Part shown: piece after piece, positions 26,461 to 35,927 of the stretch
Layout of the letters: the number at the start of each line of letters is the position of its first letter
Position numbering within the stretch: position 1 is the stretch's first letter
Notes under the pieces: model-generated
The model's input: only the letters and a program-made list of their open reading frames with translations
The model's database searches: none
What the model was told of the DNA's origin: nothing
Made by a program: the position numbers and the translations under genes
Origin: Candidatus Colwellbacteria bacterium
Lineage (GTDB): Bacteria > Patescibacteriota > Minisyncoccia > UBA6257 > Colwellbacteraceae
NCBI GenBank assembly: GCA_016176525.1
Contig: JACOWZ010000003.1
Span: 63,554 to 127,553 of the forward strand
DNA: 64,000 nucleotides
Reading direction: 5' to 3'

Positions 26461-26841
26461 TTACTTAGTCTCAAGTTTCGCGCGGGCGCCTTTTGCTGAG
26501 AGATTGCGCAAATAATAGAGCTTTGCTCGGCGCACTCTTTGCGGCGCGCTTACAATATCAACTCTAGAAATTAGAGGCGAATGTATTGGATAAACTTTTT
26601 CAACACCGACGCCGGCGACAGTCGCCCGCACCGTAAATGTTGCGCCTTGTTCCGAGCCGTGTTTGCGGGCAAGAATAATGCCCTCAAATTTGCTTATACG
26701 CTCTTTTGAGGATTTTGATTCCTTTTTTTCTTTACCCTTACCTTTCTCTTTCTTACCGGTTTCTAAATCAATAAGAACGCGCTCGTATACCCGCACTTTG
26801 GCTCCCGGCTTTAGCTTTGGCATAACTTTTATATCTATCAT
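26461..26841 (-). CDS. rplS: 50S ribosomal protein L19 with a lysine-rich insertion
   Basis: KFEGIILARKHGSEQGATFTVR…GVGVEKVYPIHSPLISRVDIV…RRAKLYYLRN matches L19. A ~20-aa K/E-rich insertion (TGKKEKGKGKEKKESKSSKE). Confidence 0.9.
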   Translation of the reverse strand: MIDIKVMPKLKPGAKVRVYERVLIDLETGKKEKGKGKEKKESKSSKERISKFEGIILARKHGSEQGATFTVRATVAGVGVEKVYPIHSPLISRVDIVSAPQRVRRAKLYYLRNLSAKGARAKLETK

Positions 26842-26859
26842 AGGATGCAGGCAAGTATA

Positions 26860-27591
26860 TTATTCAGAAGCTAATCTGTCAATAATATTAGACAAATCTT
26901 CGGGCATATCGGCCGATATCGTAACGCGCTTGCCAGATGCAAGCGGCAGCTCAAGAGAATCAGCGTGAAGAAAATGACGACCTAGCCCTAGACTGTCTTT
27001 TTTGCCACCGTATAATTTGTCCCCGACTACAGGGTGGCCAATTGATGCCAAGTGAACACGGATCTGGTGAGTACGGCCAGTTTTTGGATAACATTTGACT
27101 AAGGTGTATCTATCGCCAAAACTTTTCTGCACTTTATACTCGGTAATTGCTTCGCGTACCATTTTCGCGCCGCGCGACACATGCACTGTGCGACGCACTG
27201 TGCCGCCTTTTATGCCAATCGGCTTGTCTATTACTCCATTCTCTTTAACTTTGCCGTGGACTAATGTAATATAGGTTTTTTTAATTTTTTGAGCCTGAAA
27301 AAGCTCTTTAAGATATTCAAAAGTTTTTTGGTTTTTAGCGATTAACATTACACCGGAAGTCTCGCGATCAAGGCGGTGCACTAACCCCGGGCGGGGCACT
27401 TCGTCTTGGAGGTTTTTATCACCAATATTCTTAATTGACGGGTATTTTTGAATAAGCCAATCAACAAGAGTTTCTTCTTTTATCTGTGTGCCATCGCGAA
27501 AATGCTTGCCGCGCACTTCGTGCGCAATTAATCCGGCGGGTTTGTTTATGGCTAAAATATTCTCGTCTTCGTATATTACTTTAGGTTCCAC
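26860..27591 (-). CDS. RluA-family 23S rRNA/tRNA pseudouridine synthase
   Basis: Catalytic motif HRLDRETSGVMLIAKN. RluD-like core. GTG start 4 nt from the tRNA-Val 3' end. Confidence 0.85.
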   Translation of the reverse strand: MEPKVIYEDENILAINKPAGLIAHEVRGKHFRDGTQIKEETLVDWLIQKYPSIKNIGDKNLQDEVPRPGLVHRLDRETSGVMLIAKNQKTFEYLKELFQAQKIKKTYITLVHGKVKENGVIDKPIGIKGGTVRRTVHVSRGAKMVREAITEYKVQKSFGDRYTLVKCYPKTGRTHQIRVHLASIGHPVVGDKLYGGKKDSLGLGRHFLHADSLELPLASGKRVTISADMPEDLSNIIDRLASE

Positions 27592-27595
27592 TTTG

Positions 27596-27667
27596 TGCGC
27601 GGTAGAAGGATCGAACTTCTGACCTTTTCAATGTCAATGAAACGCTCTACCACTGAGCTAACCGCGC
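27596..27667 (-). tRNA. tRNA-Val (anticodon GAC)
   Basis: GCGCGGTTAGCTCAGTGGTAGAGCGTTTCATTGACATTGAAAAGGTCAGAAGTTCGATCCTTCTACCGCGCA. Confidence 0.85.
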
Positions 27668-27746
27668 AATTCCGAGCAATTATAACGAGAAAGTAAATGT
27701 ATTTGCAAATAAAAAAGCTCCGAACGAGTTCGGAGTATGGATATGC

Positions 27747-28292
27747 CTAAGCCCTTTGCATGATTTTGGTAAGCACAAGGTCCACAAATGGATTTAGGCT
27801 CTTCGCGGTAATCTCTGCCACTTGACGAGGATTTAAAAATCCAAACCTCATAGCAACAAGTACCATGGCCGCCTCATCTGCAAGCTCAGGCAGACCAGAG
27901 AAGGAAAAAATCCATCCGTTTGCGAAGATTGCTCCGCCCCATTGGTTTTTAGCGGGGTCTCTGCTCTGCCAGCTGCTCTTGTGCCCCATTGTTTTAATAT
28001 GTGCATCAAGGCGGTTCGCTTTTTCTTGCGCTAACTCAAAGTACTTCCTGGCCTTTACCGGATCTGTTATAGTCCCAATTTGTGAAACTACGACCGGTGC
28101 ACATTCCAATCCGAGCGGGCGAAGGCAAAAGTATCCTCCGCTCCGATGCTTCTCATCCGGCGGAAGAACCGCAAGGATCTTAGCGAATGCGTCTCTAAGC
28201 TCGGGAAGCAAGCTTGCGACAATCCAGTCTGCGGGCCCAGACTTAATAGGTGCTTCTTTCAGCATTTTTTCAACCTCGTTTTTAACGAACAC
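27747..28292 (-). CDS. hypothetical protein (no recognised family)
   Basis: 181-aa ORF between two near-identical tRNAs. Somewhat GC-richer than surroundings. No TM. No motif recognised. Confidence 0.45.
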   Translation of the reverse strand: MFVKNEVEKMLKEAPIKSGPADWIVASLLPELRDAFAKILAVLPPDEKHRSGGYFCLRPLGLECAPVVVSQIGTITDPVKARKYFELAQEKANRLDAHIKTMGHKSSWQSRDPAKNQWGGAIFANGWIFSFSGLPELADEAAMVLVAMRFGFLNPRQVAEITAKSLNPFVDLVLTKIMQRA

Positions 28293-28348
28293 TGGGATTT
28301 TCCCAGCCGCAATAACAATATAATAAAATCAAAATAAAGTCAACTTTG

Positions 28349-28420
28349 TGCGCGTGCCAAGGATCGAACTTGGGACCTTTTCATTATCAGTGAAACGCTC
28401 TACCACTGAGCTACACGCGC
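28349..28420 (-). tRNA. tRNA-Ile (anticodon GAT)
   Basis: GCGCGTGTAGCTCAGTGGTAGAGCGTTTCACTGATAATGAAAAGGTCCCAAGTTCGATCCTTGGCACGCGCA. ~85 % identical to the tRNA-Val 750 bp away. Confidence 0.85.
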
Positions 28421-28483
28421 AAAATAACCGAATAACATAATAACTAAATAACTAGCAACAATCAACAGTTTAAAAATTAGAAC

Positions 28484-28696
28484 TTATAGGTTTAATTTGT
28501 TGAACCCCTCTATGTCAAACTGTATTGGCACCACAACTTCTGCTTCCGCCGAAAAAGCATGCAGTAGATTGCCACTTAAAAAGAAAAGTGAATAAAACAC
28601 AACAAAGAACATCGCGATAAATAGCGCGAAACCGCTTGCAAGAAGAATTAGATTTACTCTATTTATAAGATTATCTGTCATTGAATAATATCTCAC
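28484..28696 (-). CDS. small hypothetical membrane protein
   Basis: 70-aa ORF with one TM. Overlaps the upstream gene end by 26 nt. Uncertain. Confidence 0.3.
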   Translation of the reverse strand: MRYYSMTDNLINRVNLILLASGFALFIAMFFVVFYSLFFLSGNLLHAFSAEAEVVVPIQFDIEGFNKLNL

Positions 28697-29195
28697 CCAA
28701 GAGCTTTGCGATATAAGCCTCGCCTTGGCCAGTAATGTCTACGCTTATAATGTTTAGTAATTTATAAGTGGACTCAAGCTCTTCTATAAAGCGCACGGTG
28801 TTAGTATAGGTTCCACGCGTGTTTATATCAAAACTTATTGCTATTAGATCTTCTGCAAGCGTTCTTTCTGCTCCAAAGCTAAAGTTTAAAGATAAGCTGT
28901 GCCTAGAGGCTAGATCAGAAAATCTCCTCTGTAGCAGAAGAATTTCGTCACGGCTCGGCAATGCGGAGTTTAGTTTTCCAACAAGCGGGTTTACTTCTTG
29001 GTAAACTGTTTTAAGTCGGGATAGTTCGCTTATATTTGCTAAACTAGAATTAAGCTGCGTGCGATTATTAAACACCGTATCTGATTTGCCGCTTATCTCT
29101 GTGCCCAAAAAAGCTAGACCTATTGTAAAAGCTATAATAATGCCGAAGCTTACAGAAACACTCAAGATTAGTTTTTGCTTAAAATTCTGAACCAC
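28671..29195 (-). CDS. hypothetical bitopic membrane protein (PilN/PilO-like topology, unconfirmed)
   Basis: 174 aa. N-terminal TM, then a coiled segment and a small alpha/beta region. Architecture reminiscent of type IV pilus alignment proteins, but no sequence motif confirms this. Confidence 0.4.
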   Translation of the reverse strand: MVQNFKQKLILSVSVSFGIIIAFTIGLAFLGTEISGKSDTVFNNRTQLNSSLANISELSRLKTVYQEVNPLVGKLNSALPSRDEILLLQRRFSDLASRHSLSLNFSFGAERTLAEDLIAISFDINTRGTYTNTVRFIEELESTYKLLNIISVDITGQGEAYIAKLLGEILFNDR

Positions 29196-29241
29196 TTTAT
29201 CCTAATAATACCACGAATAAAGAAATAGGCACGTAAAAAAA

Positions 29242-30132
29242 GTGAGAAATAAAATAAGAGAAATAAATTTAGAAACAAAGGAATATCCGCGCCTTTTGGC
29301 AGAAATTCCAGGACCACCAAAAAGGCTTTTTGTTGTTGGCGATATGGATATACGAGCGCCCTCCGTTGCAATAGTTGGCACCCGTAAAGCCGGCGCCCTA
29401 GGGCTTATTATTGCAGAGCAAATTGCCGAGGGCTTAGCCCGGAGCGGGTTAACTATAGTAAGCGGCCTTGCTATGGGGGTAGATTCCGCAGCGCACAGAG
29501 GCGCCTTAAAAGGGGGCGGTAAAACAATAGCAGTTTTGGGCAGTGGAATAACCGATATTTACCCTAAACAAAACACCGGGTTGGCAGAAAAGATATTAGA
29601 AACCGGAGGCGCTCTTATATCGGAATACTACGATTCAGTAGAAACTCATGTTGGCAGTTTTCCGGCGAGAAATAGAATAATAAGCGGCCTTTCGGTTGCA
29701 ACCGTGGTTGTAGAAGCTCCAGAGAAGTCCGGCGCCCTTATTACTGCAAGCCGCGCCGCAGAACAAGGCAGAACTGTTTTTGTTGTGCCTGGCCCCGTAA
29801 ACAATAGAAATTATAAAGGCTCACATGCATTAATTCGCGATGGAGGCACGCTCGCATCTTCTGCAGAAGATATATTAGAAGATCTTGGATTATTAAATAG
29901 CGTAGAGATAACCGAATCTAAGAACAAAACCAAAAAAAATATTTTAGAAAATCTGCAAAACTATGACAAAACAATTGTTGAAGCAATCTTAAAAATTGGA
30001 AGGCCTACAGATGCAGATGAGATAATAGAGTTAACCAAACTCTCGCCACAAATAGTGGGCGCTAGCCTTGCGGTTTTAACAATAGAAAATATCGTGGCAG
30101 AAAAAACGGGCAAATATACTATCATTGACTAG
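29242..30132 (+). CDS. dprA: DNA processing protein DprA (Smf)
   Basis: …VAIVGTRKAGALGLIIAEQIAEGLARSGLTIVSGLAMGVDSAAHRGAL… Rossmann-like DprA core plus C-terminal winged-helix-like extension. Confidence 0.9.
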   Translation: MRNKIREINLETKEYPRLLAEIPGPPKRLFVVGDMDIRAPSVAIVGTRKAGALGLIIAEQIAEGLARSGLTIVSGLAMGVDSAAHRGALKGGGKTIAVLGSGITDIYPKQNTGLAEKILETGGALISEYYDSVETHVGSFPARNRIISGLSVATVVVEAPEKSGALITASRAAEQGRTVFVVPGPVNNRNYKGSHALIRDGGTLASSAEDILEDLGLLNSVEITESKNKTKKNILENLQNYDKTIVEAILKIGRPTDADEIIELTKLSPQIVGASLAVLTIENIVAEKTGKYTIID

Positions 30133-30162
30133 ATACATTAAATACTGTAATAGTCTAAAGCT

Positions 30163-32328
30163 ATGAATCTAATGATAGTTGAATCCCCGACTAAAGCGAA
30201 AACAATATCTAAATATCTAGATAAAAGTTTTGCAATTGTTCCAAGTGTGGGGCATATAAGGGACTTACCCAAAAGCAACAAGAAAGCCGTGGATATTGCC
30301 GCCGGCTTTGTTCCACATTACGAAATAACAAAAGGAAAGGAAAAAGTAATTCAAGAAATAAAATCTAAATCTGCAAAGGCAGATAAGGTTTATCTTGCAA
30401 CCGACCCAGACAGAGAGGGTGAAGCGATAGCATGGCATATAAAAGAAGCTTGCGATATAAAGGACCCTAAAAGGGTTGTTTTCCACGAAATTACAGAAGA
30501 AGCGATTAAAGAGGCTCTAACACATCCGCGCGATATAGACATATCACTTAAAATTGCCCAAGAAGCACGACGTGTTTTAGATAGGCTTGTAGGATATGAC
30601 TTAAGCGGCCTTATATGGAAAAAGGTCCGCTACGGCTTATCTGCCGGGCGCGTACAATCACCGGCACTCCGCATAATTATGGAGCGCGAGCGTGAAATAC
30701 GCGCGTTTAAACCAGAGGAATACTGGGTTATAACGGGTGATTTTGAGACCGAAAGAAAAATAAAAATACAACTTACCTGCGATGAACAGCCTAAAAATAA
30801 AGAAAGGCTGGAATTTATATTAAACACTGCCAAAAATGGAGTGTGGCGTGCAGTAGAGGTAAAAGAAACAAAAACCAAACGTTCTCCTAAACCTCCTTAT
30901 ATAACTTCGACACTCCAACAAAGCGCAAGTTCTAGACTCGGATTCTCGCCGGCATTTACAATGTCTCTTGCCCAAAAACTATATGAGCTTGGGGCTATAA
31001 CCTACATGCGCACAGACAGTGTAAATATAAATAGAAATGCACTATCTGAAATACATAAAACAATAACAAGCAAATATGGGAAAGAGTACCTTGAGCCACG
31101 CGTATATTCTACTAAAAGCAAATTAGCCCAAGAGGCACACGAAGCCATACGTCCGACAAAGATTAGAGTTGAATCTGCCGGTAGTTCTGTAGAACAAAAG
31201 AAGCTCTATTCTCTTATATGGGAACGGGCCCTAAGTTCGCAAATGTCTGATGCAAAAATAATACGGACAAAAATATCTGCAAATATTAATAATGGTATAG
31301 ACTTCCCGAATTTCTCTACCACGGGCAGTGTAATAGTTTTTGACGGCTGGTTAAAGGTTGACACGCGAGCGCGTGGCGAAGATATAGAGCTACCGCAGAT
31401 AATCCTAAACGAAAACTTAGAACTAAAACAAATAAACAATGAAAGGAAAGAAACAGAACCACCAAAACGATACACAGAAGCAGGTCTAGTAAAAGAACTG
31501 GAAAAACGCGGCATAGGCAGACCATCAACATATGCAACAATAATAAAGACAATAGTGGACCGCGGATATGTTCTAAAAGTAAATAAAGCCCTGCACCCGA
31601 CAGATACAGGCGATGTTGTAAGCACATTTTTGGAAAAAAACTTCCAAAAGTATATAAGCGATTCTTTCACCGCAGAGATGGAAGATAAATTGGATAATAT
31701 CGCTTCCGGGAAAGCTGAATACGTAAAGACCTTAGAAAAATTCTACACTCCTTTCCATAAAGAAATTCAAGCCAAGGCTAAAACAACCGAGAAACTTACT
31801 ATACTTGGCCCAGCAGAACCGGAGTTTAAATGCCCTGTTTGCGGCAAAGATATGGTTGTAAAACTTGCTAAAAACGGAAAATTCTTAAGCTGCGCAAACT
31901 TCCCAAAATGCACAGGCGCGAGGCGCATAGATGGCAGAGAATTAGAGGGCCCGAAAGAAACTGGCGAAACCTGCCCAGAATGCGGCGGCAAATTAGTAGA
32001 ACGCGAGGGCAAGTTTGGTAAATTTATATCCTGCTCAAATTATCCAAAATGCAAATATATAAAGAATAGTCCCGAAGAAGAAGCAAAAATGAAAACGGGC
32101 GTAAAATGCCCAAAATGCGGCACCGGAGAAATGGTAGAGCGCCGCGGAAAATTCGGTCCATTTTACAGCTGTTCAAATTATCCGAAATGCGCAAATGCAA
32201 TTAAAGCGCGTCCAACTGGAGCACTATGTAATATGTGCGGATCATTAATGATGGAGGGAACAAAAACAATCCCAGAACGCTGCAGTAATAAAGGATGCCC
32301 CATGCATAACCCACACAAACTTGAATAA
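30163..32328 (+). CDS. topA: DNA topoisomerase I
   Basis: 721 aa. Toprim N-terminus (MIVESPTKAKTISKYL), active-site region, and C-terminal C4 zinc ribbons (CPVCGK…CANFPKC repeated 3x). Confidence 0.95.
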   Translation: MNLMIVESPTKAKTISKYLDKSFAIVPSVGHIRDLPKSNKKAVDIAAGFVPHYEITKGKEKVIQEIKSKSAKADKVYLATDPDREGEAIAWHIKEACDIKDPKRVVFHEITEEAIKEALTHPRDIDISLKIAQEARRVLDRLVGYDLSGLIWKKVRYGLSAGRVQSPALRIIMEREREIRAFKPEEYWVITGDFETERKIKIQLTCDEQPKNKERLEFILNTAKNGVWRAVEVKETKTKRSPKPPYITSTLQQSASSRLGFSPAFTMSLAQKLYELGAITYMRTDSVNINRNALSEIHKTITSKYGKEYLEPRVYSTKSKLAQEAHEAIRPTKIRVESAGSSVEQKKLYSLIWERALSSQMSDAKIIRTKISANINNGIDFPNFSTTGSVIVFDGWLKVDTRARGEDIELPQIILNENLELKQINNERKETEPPKRYTEAGLVKELEKRGIGRPSTYATIIKTIVDRGYVLKVNKALHPTDTGDVVSTFLEKNFQKYISDSFTAEMEDKLDNIASGKAEYVKTLEKFYTPFHKEIQAKAKTTEKLTILGPAEPEFKCPVCGKDMVVKLAKNGKFLSCANFPKCTGARRIDGRELEGPKETGETCPECGGKLVEREGKFGKFISCSNYPKCKYIKNSPEEEAKMKTGVKCPKCGTGEMVERRGKFGPFYSCSNYPKCANAIKARPTGALCNMCGSLMMEGTKTIPERCSNKGCPMHNPHKLE

Positions 32329-32360
32329 CTTTACAGCCACTACTATAATAACGGCGGAAT

Positions 32361-34049
32361 ATGGCAACTTTGGAAGGACTAAAAAACAAGTCGGACCTTG
32401 TTCGCCGGGCGTTAAAACTAGCAGATAAAATTAGTGCGGAGACAAAGCGCCCCAGCGGAAGCTCTTATTTAAAACATTATACTGCAGTTGCAGAACAGCT
32501 TGCCGCATGGGATATGGATGAAGCAACGGTAGCTGCAGGGCTTTTGCACGACATAACAGAAGATACATCTGTTACATTGCAAGACATAGAGTTGGAATTT
32601 GGAGAAGAAGTAAAAAACCTAGTAGAGGGTGTAACAAAACTTGGAAGAATAAAATCAAACGGCTCTAATATGCAGGCCGAAACCTTGCGTAAAATGATAA
32701 TAGCGATGGCAAAAGACTTGCGGGTTATATTTATAAAGCTTGTATCTCGACTGGATAACATGAAAACTCTAGGCAAATTAAGCCAAGAGCAAAAACAAAT
32801 ACATGCTAAAGAAACAATGGAGGTTTATGCTCCACTTGCACAGCGCTTGGGTATTCAGCGCTTGGCAGGCGAGTTGGAGGATTTATCATTTCCTCACTTG
32901 TATCCAGAAGAGCACAAATGGCTGCTAGAAAATGTGCAGGACCGCTACGAAGAAAGAGAAAAATACTTATCAGAAATAAAGCCGCTTGTAATTCGGACAT
33001 TAAGAAAGGTTGGGATAAAAAACGCGAATATCGATTTTAGGGCAAAGCGATACGCGAGCTTATATAAAAAACTTCTACGCTACGATATGGATATAGATAA
33101 AATATATGACCTTGTCGCCTTTAGGATAATAGTAAACGACACAAAAGAATGTTACGAAGCACTAGGAGCAATACATAACCTTTGGCATCCAATGCCGGGC
33201 AGAATTAAGGATTATATTGCCTCTCCGAAAGCAAACGGATACCAAAGCATACACACCACAGTAATAGGACCGGACCTTAAAGCGATAGAATTTCAGATAA
33301 GAACCAGAGACATGCACAAGCGCGTAGAAAATGGCGCAGCAGCACAGTGGGCTTACGAGCAAATAAAAGGAAGTAAAAAATATATTAAAAGAAGGGCGGA
33401 GTCAGTAGCTCCTAGCGAAATAGCATGGGTAGAAAAACTGCGCGCCTGGCAAAAAGAATACCAAAACCCCCAAGAATTTTTGGATGCCCTAAAGATTGAT
33501 TTTTTCAAAGACAGGATATTCGTATTAACGCCAAAGGGGGAGGTTATAGACCTGCCGCAGGGTGCAACACTTATTGATTTCGCCTATGCAATACATTCGG
33601 ATATCGGCAATCAATGTGTCGGAGCAAAAGTTAACGGCAAAATTGTGCCCTTAGATTACAAGTTAAAATCGCAAGATATAGTAGAAATAATAACAAGAAA
33701 GAATAAAAAACCCTCTACCTCCTGGTTAGACTTTGTAGTTACAGCCAACGCAAAATCTCAAATTAAGAAAGCAATACGCAGAAAAAACGACAGTTTAATT
33801 GTAAGTCGCATGCAAACAGAGTTAAAAATGACAATAGAAGACAGAATAGGGCTCTTAAAAGATATAAGCTCTGTAATCTCGAGATCTCATATAAACATAA
33901 CTGGCATTACTTCATCGCAGATGGGAGGCGGCAAATATCAAGCGCTTAAAATAAAGTGCAGTACAGCGGATAAAGACAAAGTGTGGAAGCTTATATTAAA
34001 ACTTAAAAAAATAAAAGAGATTAAAGAGATAGATTATCGTTTTGTCTGA
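32361..34049 (+). CDS. bifunctional (p)ppGpp synthetase/hydrolase (Rel/SpoT homolog), compact form
   Basis: HD-domain motif (LLHDITEDT), synthetase region (…YQSIHTTV…), TGS domain and C-terminal ACT-like domain. 562 aa. Confidence 0.9.
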   Translation: MATLEGLKNKSDLVRRALKLADKISAETKRPSGSSYLKHYTAVAEQLAAWDMDEATVAAGLLHDITEDTSVTLQDIELEFGEEVKNLVEGVTKLGRIKSNGSNMQAETLRKMIIAMAKDLRVIFIKLVSRLDNMKTLGKLSQEQKQIHAKETMEVYAPLAQRLGIQRLAGELEDLSFPHLYPEEHKWLLENVQDRYEEREKYLSEIKPLVIRTLRKVGIKNANIDFRAKRYASLYKKLLRYDMDIDKIYDLVAFRIIVNDTKECYEALGAIHNLWHPMPGRIKDYIASPKANGYQSIHTTVIGPDLKAIEFQIRTRDMHKRVENGAAAQWAYEQIKGSKKYIKRRAESVAPSEIAWVEKLRAWQKEYQNPQEFLDALKIDFFKDRIFVLTPKGEVIDLPQGATLIDFAYAIHSDIGNQCVGAKVNGKIVPLDYKLKSQDIVEIITRKNKKPSTSWLDFVVTANAKSQIKKAIRRKNDSLIVSRMQTELKMTIEDRIGLLKDISSVISRSHINITGITSSQMGGGKYQALKIKCSTADKDKVWKLILKLKKIKEIKEIDYRFV

Positions 34050-35007
34050 TTATCTTGTCTATAATAGACTGAAGTTCTTCTTTTGAGTAAAAGTTGATTG
34101 TAATCCTACCTCTGTCCCCTTCTTCACGCAGCTCTACTTTAGTGCCAAGAAGCTCCTCTAATTTCTCTTTTATCGCTAAAGTCTCCGGGTTCATCGGTGT
34201 CTGCACCGGTTGCGGAGCCTTATTTTTAACACTCTCTGGTTTAGAGCGCAAAACACGCAATTTAAGCTCACGTACACTTAGATTATCGCGCAAAATTTCT
34301 TGAAACATGCGTTCTTGTTCCATAATATCTGGAATTGACAAGAGTATTCGCGCTTGACTCTCGCCAATACGCCTTTCTGAAACCGCAGCTTGGATATTCG
34401 AAGGCAAGTTAAGCAAACGCACTGCGTTTGCCACTACCTCGCGGCTTTTACCCAAACGCGCGCCTATTTCCCTTTGCGTAAGTCCGAATTCGTCTTGTAG
34501 GCGCGCAAATGCCCTAGCAGTCTCAATTGGGTTTAAATCTTCTCTTTGGATATTTTCAATAACCGCGAGCTCCAATTTTTCACGGGCTCCCCCCTCGCGC
34601 CGCACAACCGCCGGTACTGTGCGCAAACCCGCAAGTTTTGAAGCCATTAACCTTCGTTCACCCGCAATAAGCTCGTAGTTCACAACATGGCCAGTTTCTG
34701 TTTCACGCTCAATTTTTGATACAACAAGGGGTTGTATAACGCCGTGCTCCCTAATAGAGCTTGCCAATTCCCTTAAGGCTTCTTCGTTAAAATCGCGCCT
34801 CGGTTGGTGCGGATTCGGCACGATTTTATCAACTTCTATATGGAATACAGCCTCACCTGCGCGCGCTTGCACATCTTGAGTTGTTTTAATAGGTGGTTGT
34901 TCTACTGGAGTAGGCTGTTGCTGCTGTGGTATAGGAGTATCAACAGGCTCGGAATGTAGCATAGCCGGCGGCGGGTGCGAACCTTCCTTTAGATTATTAT
35001 CGTCCAT
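34021..35007 (-). CDS. parB: chromosome partitioning protein ParB/Spo0J
   Basis: GVIQPLVV and YELIAGERR ParB-box motifs. HTH region. Pro/Gln-rich N-terminal extension. Confidence 0.9.
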   Translation of the reverse strand: MDDNNLKEGSHPPPAMLHSEPVDTPIPQQQQPTPVEQPPIKTTQDVQARAGEAVFHIEVDKIVPNPHQPRRDFNEEALRELASSIREHGVIQPLVVSKIERETETGHVVNYELIAGERRLMASKLAGLRTVPAVVRREGGAREKLELAVIENIQREDLNPIETARAFARLQDEFGLTQREIGARLGKSREVVANAVRLLNLPSNIQAAVSERRIGESQARILLSIPDIMEQERMFQEILRDNLSVRELKLRVLRSKPESVKNKAPQPVQTPMNPETLAIKEKLEELLGTKVELREEGDRGRITINFYSKEELQSIIDKIIRQNDNLSL

Positions 35008-35045
35008 TATTAATTAATTATGCCTCTAGTAGGCTCTATTTTCAA

Positions 35046-35074
35046 TTGAAAAACAGGCAAAATAAATTTATACT
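35046..35074 (+). promoter_or_regulatory. candidate sigma70-like promoter (TTGAAA-N17-TATACT) 11 nt upstream of tRNA-Leu(CAA)
   Basis: TTGAAA at 35046-35051, TATACT at 35069-35074, tRNA 5' end at 35086. Confidence 0.4.
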
Positions 35075-35085
35075 GTAAGATAGTT

Positions 35086-35168
35086 GCCGCGGTGGCGGAA
35101 TGGCAGACGCGTTGGACTCAAAATCCAATGGCCGCAAGGCTGTGAGAGTTCGAGTCTCTCCCGCGGCA
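35086..35168 (+). tRNA. tRNA-Leu (anticodon CAA), class II
   Basis: GCCGCGGTGGCGGAATGGCAGACGCGTTGGACTCAAAATCCAATGGCCGCAAGGCTGTGAGAGTTCGAGTCTCTCCCGCGGCA. Anticodon loop CTCAAAA. Confidence 0.85.
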
Positions 35169-35172
35169 CAAA

Positions 35173-35706
35173 TTAGGATTTTTTAACATCTATTCCTCCT
35201 TTTTTAAGGAGAAATACGGACGTGTAGAAAGTTAACGTACCCAAAGCGAGGCCTGCCAAAATATCCAGCGGCCAGTGGACCCCAGCTCCAATTCGGCCAA
35301 GACCTATTAGCACAACGCCTATTACAAACCACTGCCCTGCCCTTTTTGAAAGATAAAATGCGGATAGCGCAAGAGGGACAGTAAACATCATATGCCTTGA
35401 TGGCATAGAGGAACTTGCTTCGTGTGCAATTAGAGATTCAACACCAAGTTCAAGAAAGGGCCTCTCGTTTGGAATAAGCGAGTTTATTAAAGGCACAAGT
35501 ATGCCTAAGCCTAATATAAAAGAAAGTGTGAGTGCCGAAACCAGATAAAATTTATGCTTGCCGCTTAGAGATTGTACAAATAAAAGCCATATAAATACGC
35601 CAATAAGAATAAAGATTAAATATTTAGCAAAAAATATAGAGAAATATCGGCCCGCTGCGGAAGCTGAGCCAACCATATATATAAATTCAAAGATTGTCTG
35701 ATTCAT
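35173..35706 (-). CDS. PAP2-family membrane phosphatase (undecaprenyl-diphosphatase/PgpB-like)
   Basis: 177 aa, polytopic. PAP2 signature pieces PSRH and GVHWPLDILAG. Confidence 0.7.
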   Translation of the reverse strand: MNQTIFEFIYMVGSASAAGRYFSIFFAKYLIFILIGVFIWLLFVQSLSGKHKFYLVSALTLSFILGLGILVPLINSLIPNERPFLELGVESLIAHEASSSMPSRHMMFTVPLALSAFYLSKRAGQWFVIGVVLIGLGRIGAGVHWPLDILAGLALGTLTFYTSVFLLKKGGIDVKKS

Positions 35707-35709
35707 TAC

Positions 35710-35922
35710 CTATCTTCTAACGTAAGGCAGTAGCCCCATAAAGCGCGCACGCTTTATAGCTCGAGCTAGAGCGCGCTGATGTTTGGCACAGGTTGAAGTG
35801 TGCAAAGGGTCAATAATTTTTGCCTGTGAAGAAATAAAGCGCTTCAATAGCTCTACTTCTTTATAATCAATATCGGATAAATTTTGCGAGCAAAAAAAAC
35901 ATTGAGTTTTCTTGTAAGCCAT
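35710..35922 (-). CDS. rpsR: 30S ribosomal protein S18
   Basis: CFFC…[14 protein letters not shown]…KII…[27 protein letters not shown]. Confidence 0.9.
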   Translation of the reverse strand: [70 protein letters not shown]

Positions 35923-35927
35923 GGTGA

